From positions 3,499,743 through 3,557,067 of the forward strand of contig BFEA01000018.1 of NCBI GenBank assembly GCA_003427395.1: DNA of 57,325 nucleotides, in the 5' to 3' direction. Shown here piece by piece: positions 1 to 13,499 of the stretch (the first letter of the stretch is position 1; each line of letters begins with the position of its first letter). The stretch is from Chara braunii (lineage: Eukaryota > Plantae > Charophyceae). The notes under the pieces are model-generated. The model ran no database searches and was not told the DNA's origin. It was given only the letters and a program-made list of their open reading frames with translations. The position numbers and the translations under genes are program-made.

Positions 1-3000
1 TAATCCCATATAAGGAGGTGTGGTCCAGTGCTTAATACTCGGGCATGCCTGGAGCCTCACTTACTCCTACTACAAGCATGCGGCCGCAACGTATTTGCGC
101 CACCCTACGTACTACCCCACACGCCAGACCTACCGCCGGTCAGGTACAGCAAACGAGGGTCAGCCTACTAACCCTTGACCTACTCAAGGATACAAAGTCA
201 AGCCGGATACCTATGCCAGCAGTACGATCAAAATGGTAAAATCACATGCGCGCCTTAAAGTTGCGAGCCCACACACTCCATTTATTTAGACAACTCTGGC
301 CCGTACGCAGGTAACCAACTAAACATTCACAAGGCCCGAACCACCGGCCCCTCTGTCACTTGCAAAAAACAGGGCGGATACCCTTGTAAGGGTATTCGCG
401 CCGACACCGAGACGTCGTCCGCGCCTAGGATCGTAGCTACTTGGTATCTTGGTCGTCGAGCGCCCGACATATTTTTCATCAAACTTTTGACTTTCCCCCC
501 CATACTAGATTTGCCAACACCGCGCCTTTCCATGCGTCGTCAAACACAATGATCTTCCTGCACGTGCACAAAGTAGGGCCTTTATCTCCTTTGCATCGCA
601 TCCCACTAGAGGTTGAGCCGGTTCGTGGAATAAAGCTAGTCTTTATAAAACAAAAGAAAAATATAATCAAACTGAGAACTATAGAAAACGTAACCGGACC
701 CTATGGCTTGACGCCTTCCGCCGGCCTGGTGTCGCCGTTGTCTAAACAACCATCTCACAATGCAATGCAATAATGCGTGCCCCACACACTCTCTAATTCA
801 ATCGTATTTGACTCGGAGACTTGCCAAGAGCGAGATTGTCGAGGCGAGCGTCTTGACGGGATTGGCCCTATCAGCGCATTACGTTGTTCAAGGATGCACC
901 CAGTGCGACCTTTTTTAAAAAAAAACGGCAAATACCCTTGTAAGGGTGTTTGCTACGACTGTCCTCCCAGACCCCATTAAGCGACGTCCCCGTCGCTTCG
1001 GGTATGGACTAGAAAGTATGACGAAATCACAGGTGAATGCATAGACTGAGCAGATGGATAACCACATCCGTATAATCGGAAGGACTCAGCTTGGGGTTTA
1101 TTCTAGTTCTGCGGCATCCCCATGGCGAGCAGGAGTTCAACCTGAGCCTCCTGTCTGACTCACAGGGATACTTTCGTTATACTACCGCCCTAGGTTAGCT
1201 TCAGTGTTCAAATACCAGCCCCTTCCGTTTGTCCTAGACGCCTTCCGACTTTCGTTGAGTGCCATCTGAATTGGGCTATCAAGTAACCGTCATCTTCGGC
1301 CGTGGGTTTTAGGCAGGACCACTGCCCTGAGTGGGACAAACTGCAGCACACAACAAGCGTAGGTAGCCCACCCCTTCCGAGTAGCTTAGCAAAACCAAAA
1401 CATACTTCTTTTTGGTGGCTCACTCTGTAATCGAAAAGGGTAGCATACTCCTCTGGGTGCCTTACCATGTAAAAGCACACCCCCTTGAGCAGCTCAACTT
1501 GTGACAGACATGGTGCTGCACGTAGCTCACTCCATGCAATTAAACCAAAAACTTAGCCCGACCCTGCGTCTAGTCATAGGTGGGTTATAGTCCTGACCTC
1601 AACCCACCATAGTTTGGATGATCGGGCCAAACTACGGTTCATTGCGCTATTAAGCCACGATGTTGCCTACATTGCTTGCTCAATGCTAAGGCGACTCTCT
1701 GACTTTTGGACCTAAGTACCCCCTAGCCGTCGCCTTAATTAGATTCTTTGGAGTGACCCGATACTTGGCTTAAATATTTAACCCTCCCATATGATGATTG
1801 TAATAATAATAATAAGGATAGTAATAATAAAAATAATATTAATAATAGTAAGTAATAATTAATAATAGTAACCATAATAGCCCGTTTATATAATTATATA
1901 TCATGGATGATGGTGCAGGTCACTCCGCCGTCTCTAAGTTCAGGCTAAGCTAGGGGTCCGTTGTCCTGGTTAGGCGGGACAGCAGCCCACGTTGGGGGTT
2001 GCCCCAACGATGTCGATTTTGCCCCCGGCTTAGGCCTCCTAAAATACTCTTGAGCCAGCTTTCAATGCTTGTAGTCGTTCTGCTTGATCATGGCAGATGC
2101 GACCACCGGCCCTAGAGCCTCACAAACAAGTTTCTCTTTCGAAGAAACCCCTCATTATATGAACATCTCTTCTCAAGCTTGGTTATCCAATGACAATTTT
2201 TTGCAAAAATCAAAGCTTTATTTATCCTTCACGGAACGAGTTATAATCCTAAAGTTTTGTTTTTATTTTCACATATATAAACAGGTGGCTCCTCAAAACG
2301 GGTCCCCTTCCCATCAAACAATTGAGCCGCTTTTCCGATTCAACTTTTTTCCATGCATTTTTGTCGAACAATTTTTCACTAACTCTCACACACTAATTCA
2401 AATGCAATCAAGGTCAAAAACCATTTGTTCAACAATCAAACAACGTACTCACAACCAATAAACAGGTACAAACATCACAGATGCAAGGGGAGGGAGCACA
2501 AGTCCACACTGTGAGAATATCTCATGGCTTCCTGTTTTCCACACGAGACTCATATGCCTGGATAAAAAAAACAACAATAGGGCATACTCAAAAAAAAAAA
2601 AAAAAAAAAAAAGGAGGACAACCCCGCACAGTATTGTGTCCCGTAGGATATATCTGCGCAATATACTCCGAATCTCAAAATCAATCATGAAGAATGAAAC
2701 GTTTCAAGTGGGTATCTTTATCCGACAATTGGAACAATGTCCCTGAACGAAACAATGTAACTCACAAAGATACTTACTAACTCAAGGTCCTACCTAAAAG
2801 TCGTACTCAAATCAGACACATACTCACACCAAACACACACCAATCTCACACAAAGCTCAAACAAAACTCACTCAAGCTCACACAAAACTCACTCAAGCTC
2901 ACACAAAACCAGACTCTCATGCCCAGTGCAATCTCTAAAACCCCTGCTCATCCAACCTACTAAAACTAGTAGCCTATCATGTATGTACAGTCTACTGAAG

Positions 3001-3275
3001 TACGAGCTAAATTTAGTCACCAACTACATATAATACATGGTTCGTATCCTGAAATCCGAAATCAAAAACTCTCAATATCCTGAAATCCGAAGTCAAAAAC
3101 TCTCAATATACAAGTCATAAGGTAATACAAGTTCATGTCTCGGAGCCCTCAAAGTAGAAGATAACAATATCGAATGAGTCCAACAATCTATCCCCCCATA
3201 ATAGCCCCCTCATCCTCGTCTATCTCTCTTTCTTCATAGCCTGGCTTCTCGTGCGTCTCATGGACATGTAACCTA

Positions 3276-6200
3276 TCACTCATCCTCTCTCAACTCTAGG
3301 CCTAGTCTGTCATACAAAGCTCTCCTAGCATCGTGACGTCTCCTCGGAAGAAGAGCGCCATGCATATCTCTGACTCGCCCCTGTCCGTCGAACTGCACGA
3401 CTCGCCTATTAAGGTCATCCTGGAAAGCAGGACAACCCACCCTGTCGTGCACCCCTCTGCCACACCATGAGCATAATTCACCAGCGCTGTTGTCCTCTAC
3501 CTTCGCCTTCTTCGGCTTGGGTAGGATCTGAGGCCGTGCCCTCTCGAGTCGGATCGTCACATCCTGTACGGCTCTATCCACCGTATAAGGGCTCAACATC
3601 CTCGAGACCCTCTCAGTCGTCGCCTCCTCGTCACACCTCTCAGACCCAGACGAAAGGAGGTGCACTATTTCGTCCATCGCCCCGAAAGCTGGAGCCGGTG
3701 TAAAAGGAAGAGTCATGGGCAGTAATGTCGCTGATTCGCTCGTGTCCTGCTGTGGCATGACATCTCGTGGCTCTGAAATCCTCTCTCGCTCGTCGTGCCT
3801 ACCACCCATCTCTCGCCATACATCCCCCTGAACAGCCAACTCTGAGGGAGGGACCCGGTCCAAACCACGTGCCTCTGCCTCTCTCCTCCTCTCGATCTCG
3901 TCTGGCTCAAGCATGAGCTTGTCGACGACTGCAGCCTCTTCACATGTCATCCCTATACCCCCGAGTGACTCCTTTGTCTGTGAGTCTCGATGAGGGATGT
4001 CCAATCTCACTCCCCTTGGCTCTACCTCATGAGAGACGTGTGCCTGTCCGATAGAAGTTTGCTGCCTCTCAGTCCTCCTCTCGTCGACCAGATCTGTCGT
4101 GGCCTGACGCCTCTGACCCTCCTCTAGGTCAGTAATCCTCTGCTCGAGCCTTGAGGTGGACTGTCTCGCCTGCTCGGCGCTGGTGACAAGATTACGTACC
4201 ATGTCCCTCAGTCCTCTGTTCTCCTGCTCCAGAGAACCTATCCTCTGTACCACATCCTGAAGCACCTCTCCTCGCGTAACCTCGGTCTGCGTGATTCTCT
4301 TGACATGCTCCATCATGCCTGACAACTCTCGCACTGAGGCGTTAGATAATAGCCTCGCCTAGGGCCCCTCCTCTGCCTGTGTACGCTCGCCCTCAAGCAT
4401 GGGCTCCTCTCCTGTCCGTCTCCTCATCCTAACCTCCTCCTGCCATCCGGCTGTAGCAGCATCCTCATAGAAGAGCCTCTGTGTCTGCTCCTCGGTCTCT
4501 TGCCGTAACCTGACAAGAGTCGATACCTGGCTCTCCAACTGAGATGATCGCACAGTCTCAAGGACAACCCTGCGCCGTAGCCTATCCCTGTCCGTCGCGT
4601 CAGCAGGTGGCTCATACTCCCTGAGCACCCTCTGAACCTGGGCTCGCCAATCACTCGCCTCTCTCTCCTGTATCTTGAGCACCGCCTCAGCCTCCTCTAG
4701 CGTCTGGACCTCTCTTCCCTCAACAAACGTACAGAGATCACTCACCACCTCTCAGTATGTATCGTGCTCCGTTTGTCTGTCACGACTCAACTCAAAGGAT
4801 CGAATGGCAACTCTCCTCATATAATCCCGAACCTGCTCTATCGTCTGTCGAGCTGCAGCGAGGCCACTACCAATATAGGTCCTCCGCAAGGTTAAGTCGT
4901 CATACAGTACCCTGAGCCCACCAGTGGTCTGATCAATCGACAAGTGCGGTCTCGCGGCCTGGCCCAGTCGCTCAAAAGCCAGCCTGAAAAATGTAATGAT
5001 GGCATCTGTCCCATCTCCTCGGCTAGCCATGCATCCCTCATGACAGGCTCGTGATCTATCGGTCCCCGAGACTCCGGCAGACTCCCCTCCTCATGAGTCG
5101 GAGATGCGTCCTGGGTATGCTCCGGGCCCGCCTCAACGTGGCCCCTCCTGCTGGCCTCACTCCTATCACCGTCTCGTCGAGGAGTATCCCCAAAGTCTAG
5201 TGGTGACGTCTCCACTCGCTGGGTCCGCATGTCCTCCGTGAGACCCTCTCTGTCTAGTCACAAAACCTCGGTCTCAGCTCGCTCTGTCTCCATGTCCATG
5301 GGCAAGGGTTGGGATACCTCCTGTCCCATCTGCATCCTAGGAGGCTCCATGTCATATAGCTGGGCAGTCAATGAACCCTCAGGCTCAGTTGGCTGCTCAG
5401 CCAATCGACTCTCTCTCAGTAACGGCGATCCGTCCAATGATGAGGGTCCCATCGCACCTCTCTCACCATCCTCCACTACCGGCTCTGACTAAGACTGGAC
5501 TCTCTGCCCCTCATGCCCTAGCTCATCATGCATCAGCGTCGTCTCTCGCGGCCACTCAGGCTGAGGCTCCTCGTGCTCCTGCATCGGTCCTATAGTGGTA
5601 GGCCCTATCATAAGCGATAGCTCCCTTTGTGGGAGGTCTAATGCCATGTCCCGTGTGTCTCTCCATCGATAAGGCCTCTCCGATGCAGTATCGGGAACCA
5701 CTCCCTCCATGGTATCTGTCTCTGTAGGCCGGGCCGAAACAATCATCAACACAAGCAGTAGGGAAGCCTCTTCCCCATCCCGTATGGGTGTAGGTGGAGT
5801 AGTCTGATCTGTCTCAGGCGCACCACGGTCTCTAACCCCTATCTCAGCCGGACATGTCTCTGGCACTGGCACTGTCCCAATCTCTGGAGTAGATAAGACA
5901 CTCTGTCTCTGAGACCCTACTGACAAGGTCTCCTCCCCCACATCATCTGTCGAGAGGTTCCTCCCAATATCAACCGTCAACACGTGATCCCTCTCCTCTA
6001 GGCCATCCCGTCTATCCTGACGTCCTCGACGCCTGCCTGTCCTAGGTCTGCGTGGGATGTCTGGCTGCCCACTCTCTCTCCGCCTCTCTCGCGATCGCCC
6101 CTCATCACCCTCATCCCTCTCTAGCTGTGCTCGTGGGCGTATCCTGAGCTCCGGGATGTAATACCCAACCTCTCTGCGCAGCCCGCGTCGTCTGTCAACG

Positions 6201-6673
6201 GTGAAATCCTCTCTAAGCGTCGCTATAAGCTCCGCCCAAGTCTGCGCTGTGTGTGACATGGTACTCACCTCATGTCTAAGATCCGGGACAACCAAGTGTC
6301 GTACCTGCCTAACCCTCTGCGCCTCGGTCCATCTCTGTCCATCCCCAAAAATGATGAAAGCTTCATGGAACTCATCCAGATTAGCCCCATCAAACCGCAT
6401 GGGCCTACCCTGTCGATCAATGGGCTGAGGCCGCAATCTCAGCATCCGCCTGGCGAACTGTCTCCAATCCAACGACTCTCTCACGATCTGAGCCACACGC
6501 TCCTCATAGCTGCCAGTACCCCAGACCCTCTTAGTCATCTGAGCAAAATCTAACTGAAGGATCCAAACCTGCCTAACTAACCCATCCAAAAATGGAAATA
6601 CATGTCCACCCCCGTAACGGAATGGGTCCAGTATCAAAGACGTGGCTAGTCGCTCATCCTCCTGTCCCGCCAT
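3276..6673 (-). pseudogene. Extra Gag-like ORF 3' of pol: capsid-like repeats, coiled coil, C-terminal CCHC knuckle
   Basis: ORF pieces 5489-6814, 5258-5476 and 4892-5230 share one frame; 4752-5030, 4359-4748 and 3276-4334 share a second (one frameshift, 4 stops). Motifs: MRFDGANLDEF...TWAELIATLREDF, heptad-rich region, CSWCGRGVHDRVGC. Confidence 0.7.
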
Positions 6674-6974
6674 CCTCCCGCCCCTCCAAATAATGACCAA
6701 CTTCGAAAAGCCAACCCTGCACAAATAAGAAGGATGGACAATAGAGGAAACAGAAGTAAGCACAGGAGAAGAATGAGGAATGCCTATACTTACTGACCCA
6801 AGCAGATCTCTCATACCCTCAGACGACTGACCTGACTGACGAACTTAAACTCATACTAAGACCTATCTAAATACTAACACATAATCCTATCCTATCACTA
6901 ATGCAAAGTACCACCAAATAAGACGAGGATTCAAATACTATTTCTACTCGCGATGTTTTTCCGTCGCTCTCACC

Positions 6975-9722
6975 TTAGTCTCGTGCTTTGAACTTTTTCA
7001 GTTTCGAACTTGAGACCTTATCTCTCCACGGCGTGCCGTTAAGCTCCTCAATTTCATAAGCTCCATGCTGCCCACACCGTCTAATGCGATACGGGCCTAG
7101 CCACCGCTTGTCCAACTTGCGCGACCACTACTTTTCTAGCGACGAGTCGTACAATAGCACCACATCTCCAACTTCCAGTGGCTCCTTCCTGACTCGTGGG
7201 AGGAGATCCCACCTCTTCTTGTCCCCTAGCCGACTGTCCATTACTGGATCTACAGCTTCCTAGATCCTCTCTTCTGCGATGCCAACTTGTCTGGCCCGCA
7301 AATCCAGCAATTCCTCGAAGGACAAGGTGCTTTTCATATCCTGCCTCCTCCACGTCTTCAGAAAGCTCTCTATCGGGAGTGTGACATGCCTTCCATACCA
7401 TAGTGTTGCTGACGCGTACTTCGTGGATCTCTTAATCGTAATATTTTCGACGAAGAATGGTGTGCGCAGATGCTTAGGCTACTGATTCTCCCTGTCGTTC
7501 GTCCATTTCGCCAGTAGATTCGTGATGGTGGTATGCCCTCTCTCAACTGGAGCATTCGCCTGCGGATGTGCCCTGGTCGTGTAGCTGGTTTGTACGCCAT
7601 ACTCTTGCAATAAGGTTCACACTCGCCCGTCTTACTGCGAATGGCTCGCCCATCAACAAACCCCGTAAGATTGTTCCGCGTGTCGAAGGTGTAATTGTAG
7701 CCGCCCACTCCTTGAGGCATTGCCAGTAGGTCCAGATGGACCACTGCTCCTGCATCTCGCACAATCCGCGAGTGCAACGATTCCTTATACATAGTCGACG
7801 CCCTTATTTGACATGAAATGCACGACTCGCAGTACTTGCGAATCATCTCACTCATTCCTTCCCAATAGTAAAGCTCACGCGCCTTCGCATATGTCAAGGC
7901 AAATGCTCTGTGACAACCTGCGAGCCCATCATGAAGTGCAGCTATAACGTCTATCTGACAATTTCGGTCGCAGATCACCCTCCTCGGGTTGCCAACCTCG
8001 TCCATCCCGGACTAAAAAGCGAGGTTGCATTTCGAGTACCTTCTTAGTTGCTTCTCTCTCTCTGATCTCACATGAGAGAAGCAAACCTAATTCACAGTAT
8101 ACGCCTTCGTACTCATATGCGTGAAAAACCTCCGGTATCTCTCCTTCCTCGAACTCGTCCTCTTTCATATCGCTCACAAGGTCTCGACTCCCTTCTCCAT
8201 CCTCGTGCACTTGGACAATTGAGTTGACGAGGAAACTGACATCCGCCACATACTTTCGTGCGTGTCGAGTGAGTAGGCTTCACTTTCAATGGCCAATGGA
8301 TCTTCTCCTAACTGGAAGGTCTCAGTCAATGCAAGCTTTGCCATCCACTCAACCTCCTTCCCTCCCCAAGGATCCTCCTCCACGAAGTCCTTGAGGACTA
8401 TATCTGTTCGCTTCACGTACCCTGCAGGAGCAAGAAAAGCAGACTGCCCTTGCACAATGACTTCGACCCCAATGGCATGCGCGTTGATGTGGAGCTTCAC
8501 ATCTTCCTCTTCATCGAGGAATGCATCTACCAGAGGTATATCCTCATTAGCTCCTTCGCCAGACTTATCCCAATTGATTCGACTAAGCCCGTCAGCCCGA
8601 TTTTAATTCCCAGGTATGCGTTCCAGCTCAAAGTCAAACATCCATACATACGCGAGCCACCTGGCAATGGTTGGGTCTGATGGTGCATAGTTCTTCAAAG
8701 AGTCGGTCAATGCGGTTGGATCCACTCTCAGCACAAACCTCCTTCCGAAAAGGTAGTTGCGGAACACCGTTAGACAGTGGAGAACTGCAAGTGTCTCCCG
8801 CTTGAACTGTGAGTAGTTTCTCTCAGTGCCATTCAAGGTTCGACTCTCGAATCTCAATGACCTCTCCTCGCCATTTACATCAGCGTGGATCAGAATGTCG
8901 CCCAAGGCTGTAGGCCCTGCATCGGTCTCCTCGATGAAATGATGTTTTGGCGTTGCTTCGAAGTCAGAAACTCCCAACACCAGACCGCCTTCTCTGAATT
9001 CTCTTTTTAAACCACTTACCACTCCTTCCTGCTTCTCATCCCATTCCCATTCTTGATCCTTCCTCACAAGCTTCCTCAACTGCTCTGTCTTCTCAGCGAA
9101 GTTCTTGATGAAAACTCGCCAAAAGCCACATGTCCCCAAGAAGCTACGAATTTCACTAACAGATTCGGTTATTCGAGTATGCTGTTAGTCTTCTTGATGT
9201 CAGGGTGACGACCGTTCTCGTTACATACGAAGCCTAATATGGTCGCCTCCCGTATACAGTGTCTTGACTTCAGTCCGCTTGCGGTAAGGTTGTAATCTTT
9301 CAGAATATCAAAAATCCAAGAAATATCTTGTATATGATCCCAGACGAATTTCCTTACCCCAGGCATAACCTCTGTCTCATCCTTCTTCTTCCGCCTTTTC
9401 ACGGCCAAATCGTCAATGTATGGTTGCGCAAGATGTGGACTAACTGTCTGCATAACGTGGACCATATGCCTCTGCACCATCACTACAACATTCGTCCAAC
9501 CTTGCGGTGCCACGTTCATATGGATTAGTCCTCTTGGTGTATGCATCGCAGTCATAGGCCTGTCAGGTGGATACACCGGGAATTGATCGTACCCTGAGTA
9601 CAAGCCTATCAAAGAAATGATAGGTCTGCCGACACAAGATTCAGACAGCGCATCTGCATTCGGCAAACCTCCCGCATCTCGTATCGTTACTGCATTCAAG
9701 CGCTGAAGGTCTTGTACCCACG
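6975..9722 (-). pseudogene. Gypsy pol remnant (RT, RNase H, integrase)
   Basis: WVQDLQRLN, PQGWTN, PYIDD (RT); ETDAGP, NYSQFKRETLAV (RNase H); H..GCH..CESCISC, VHLDL, VERGH, WLGPY (integrase). Frameshifts, stops and an internal integrase deletion near 7625. Confidence 0.93.
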
Positions 9723-10920
9723 ACAAACTCGCCATTGGATGCGATCGGCCACCAATAGTTGGGTCTGACCTCGTGCTCGGCGAAGATCGCGTCGCTCTTC
9801 TCTGCGCAGAGTGTCTGCACGTCTGTCGCAAGGAACTTCAGAAGGCAAGTGTAGACGTCGGCGGCCGGTGAGAGGATTGTCCCTGTCGTGTTGGTGATCC
9901 ATCTGAAGGACTCCTTGTGAGCCTTGTATACGACCATGAGGTGTGGTAGTGGTAAGTTCTCCTCCGCGTGCTTGATGAGTACAAAGGCACTGACTTCTTT
10001 AGCAAGCTTGCTCCCGATCGTTGCAGGTTGCTGTTGGAGCGGAATGAAATCCAGGCCGGACAATCGTTCCATAGCTAACCTCCTGATGAAGTTAACGCAG
10101 ACTGACGTGGGTGTGTGAGGTACCTTGTAAGTCGGGCATGCGAGAAACCTCTCGGTCATCCAATTGATCTCCTTCCTGACCGGAACGCTGTTGATAGGTT
10201 CCTTTGCGATGTGTCTGTGTTGAGCGTGGTACTGCTTGATGCAGGATTTGGCTTTGCTTATCACGAAGTTGCTCACCAACTTCTCTTCCTCCATTGAGAG
10301 TTGTTCATCGCATACCTTGGTGGTCAGAATGCAGCCGAGTGCCTCCTCAATCTCTTCTAAGGCAGAATCCTCATCCAGTGTTCTCATTGGTATATGATTG
10401 AGCCCTTCGTTCATCATTAGTTGCAGGTGACCATTGTTCGTAATCCCAGTGTTCGTCGTAATAACATGCATAAAATCGTCCGCAGGAAGTAGCCTTAAGG
10501 CGGGAGGATTCAAAAAAGTTGCGTGTCTTCCCGCCCCGCATGTGCAGCTTTCTGGATCGTAGCTGGCCTCCCAATCGGTGATTTTGAATTTCTGGAACAC
10601 CCTCCTAGGCTTGCAGATTTTTGCTCCAAGTGGCTCATCGTATTTTCACCCAATAACTACCTCGTCTGGCCAACTTCCCGACCCCTCCCCCATTACTTGC
10701 CTCAGCCCCTCCAATACAAACTGCCTTAGAGGCACGGCTTCCATGAGCCTGCTTGTATACCTGATATGTACGAACTCCCGCCTTTCTTGCTTCTTCTTTC
10801 TCCACGCGAGTCTTCCGGAGGGAAGCCGAATTAATGGTCTCCTTCTTCTTGCATAAAGGGGTCGTCCTGCGTACCGAACATAACTCCATCGAGGAAATCA
10901 ACAGGCTCGTGAATGAATCA
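9722..10920 (-). pseudogene. N-terminal RT region of a Penelope-like element (Naiad/Chlamys type), truncated
   Basis: KYDEPLGAKI..CTC..HVITT..L..EGLNHIP; PTYKVPH (degenerate DKA motif); PLPHLMVVYKAHKESFRWITN. Breaks off before the catalytic motifs. Confidence 0.75.
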
Positions 10921-11401
10921 TTATCCAATAAAAAGAAAAAGAAAAAAAAAAGGAAAAAACTAAAAGAGAGACGAAAGAAAACAGAAAAAAAAACAGAAAA
11001 AAAAAAAAAAGAAAAAAGAAAAAAGGAGAAACGAAGGGAAAGAAAAGCATATGCGCGCATGCATAACTTAATTCTCACGGGGATTGGATGTTCCCCCTTT
11101 TCCCTTTCTTGGAAGCATTTGCCTTCTTCTTTTCTCTGGCCCTGGCTGATTCGCTGGTAGATACCGCGGAACTGCCCTGTGAGGGAGGTTGTATTCTGCA
11201 TCCGCTGGCTTGCGTATTGGCGTCAATACGTGACCTGTTCGACCCCTTGATGGGAACCTCGGCATTGTAGCGTGTGGCTTCGTCCCTTATCCGGATGCCC
11301 TGCAGCTGTTGTGCCGGTGGGGGGTTCTGAATTGTATCCCATCAGGCTGCCACGTTCTACAGCGGGGGTTGTGGTGGCGGGTCTATGGTTCGAGGCGCTT
11401 G

Positions 11402-12795
11402 TTACCTTGGGCCAGGCGCGAAGGGGAGTACCCGCTGCCTGGGTGAGATGACAAGTGGAGAGTTGCCGCGTTGTCTCTTGTTAGCTTGATCGTTAGGTGA
11501 GATCCTCATTCTTACCCTGGGGTTGCCGGTCACTCGAGTGGGTAGAAGTACCCTTCCGATGGTTAGCGGAGTACTGTACTTCCACTTGGATCTGTCGACC
11601 ACAGTTTCGGCCGTGAGGGAGGGATCGCGCTCGAGTGTTGCGATAATATCGGTCATGGCTTCTCTAATAAACATGAAGGTAACACATGCTTGGACAACTT
11701 CCTTCCAAGAGACCCGGAGGAAGTGGATGAACATGGAAGTTTTTACCTTCACGGAGGCAACGTTCGGGAACAAAATGTCTGGGTGGGCAAAAAGGTACCA
11801 TATCGCGTGATCTACCCAGATGGGATCGTTCCCGCAATCCTTCTTTCTTTCTGAGACGCATTGACATCTGAGGTATGGCCGACCGACATTCCAGCACTTC
11901 CTCAACCCCTTGAGATCAAACTCTGGAGCGGATCTGATTTTCTTCTGCCACATGGCAGGGACGGTGAATTCGCATTTCGAAGGGTCAAGTAGAGAGAGGG
12001 TAGGGAATTTCAGGAGGGTAGGCTTGAACGATTTCTTGTCAGGTGGGCAGTAGGGCAGGTCGCCGGTCATCGCATTGGCTTTGCATCTGGCGACCTCCTC
12101 TTTCGTTAGATTGGCGAGAAACACGAGAGCATTCAAGGAAATCGGGGCGAGATAGTTAAATGTGTCAAGCTTCCATAGTGCATGATTGAATCCAGCACCG
12201 GTGTGCTTCGTCCAACGTGGAGAAGGTAGTGGTGCAAAGGCAGTATACTGCCCTCCTTGTGAGGAGGCAGTTGTAGGCTGACTGCTACTATTACTGGTGG
12301 TGATGGAGGCGATGGCAGCTTTCATTTTCGCCATCTCATCGTCGTCCATAGCCATGGCATCAGTAATAGTGCAATCCTCCCGGGGTTTCTCAGACGTCTG
12401 TCCTTGGAGGTGTGAGTGATCCAATCCCCAGGTTTTTCAAAAAAAGTTGCTCGACCCTCACAATCCTAGTAGGTAGTTCGACACATTCTTGTCCGTACTC
12501 TACCTTCCTTTTCTCTAACTCTCTGGCTAACCCCAGTAGCCTTGCATCGAAAGCATCTCTACCCTCGTCCCAAGCTGACGCAAGATTCGCGAGATCACTA
12601 AGCCCGATCATGCTAAAAAAGTTGGGAAAACGCTCTGTCTCGACCATCGTTTTCATTGTTTTTAGGATCTCAGTTTTCATAGTGGCGATCAGTGCCTGCG
12701 CCGGTTTGCTGGGCCATGCGTGGTCCTTGAGCCAGGCGTGCTTGCCAGTGATCTCATCCCACCAGCCTCCAGGAAAGAACTCCTTCGGAGGAACC
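11402..12795 (-). pseudogene. Unknown ORF (~460 aa, one frameshift, probably spliced) upstream of the PLE RT
   Basis: ORFs 12390-12821 and 11402-12424 overlap and look protein-like. Acceptor-like TTTTGTTTTGCAG near 12795, donor-like AAG|GTAACA near 11405, Cys/His cluster CQC..C..WVDH. Confidence 0.5.
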
Positions 12796-13499
12796 TGCAA
12801 AACAAAAGACAAAAAGCACAACTATAAAACATGCAAGAGGGGGCAAGGGGGAACTGGTAGAATAACGGATCTTCACTTCTTCTCAAAGCTTCTGCGCATA
12901 AGCTAGATCCACCGGTTTCCTTCCCTCTCTCCCTATCCTAAAAGAGCCCGGATACTTAAGGCAATCACCCATGCTTCCTACACCTGGATATACATACAGG
13001 GATACGGTTGATGGGACACACCATCAACGGCGCTGACGAGGGGATCCCCCCACGTGGTTGTGTGTAACGTTACGTCATGTGTTTGAAGCATCATGTTGTA
13101 GAGTGGTACGAGATTCATACCACAGTTTATCCCCGAAATAATATTTCGGCGTATCCCCGTAAAATTTGTCAGGTGTACACAGGATTTACCCACGCCTTTT
13201 CTTCTCCGCTTTTAAGGAAAATTCATGGGATTCTCATGGTGACTCAACCAGCAATGTGCAAGCATTTTTCCGACCAAGAGATAAATTCTTCTTGGAAAAC
13301 ATCAATAGACAGAAGGAGAGGGAACAACTTAAAAAAGTGGAGAAAACTTCAGACAATAGTCATATACGACGTGTGTAGAAAAGAAATTAAACAAGGATGT
13401 GTGAGGTATGTGAGATCCTTAGGAAAAAACTGCGGAGATCCGTTGTCTCTCCATCTGCGTTCTATGAGTTTTACGAGTCTATCTATTTGTCAGAGAATT

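Larger units (their letters stand above)
1..9722 (-). mobile_element. Decayed Ty3/Gypsy LTR retrotransposon, 3' part: RT-RNaseH-integrase, extra 3' ORF, probable 3' UTR/LTR running off the window start
   Basis: RT-RH-INT order on the minus strand (9722->6975), then a long extra ORF (6673->3276) and ~3 kb non-coding. LTR boundary not resolved. Confidence 0.85.

Noticed and set aside
10646-10648. In-frame TGA in the PLE ORF as selenocysteine (reported for some Naiad elements)
   Set aside because: Context IG*KY fits an aromatic residue (TGG to TGA) in a decayed copy; no SECIS evidence.
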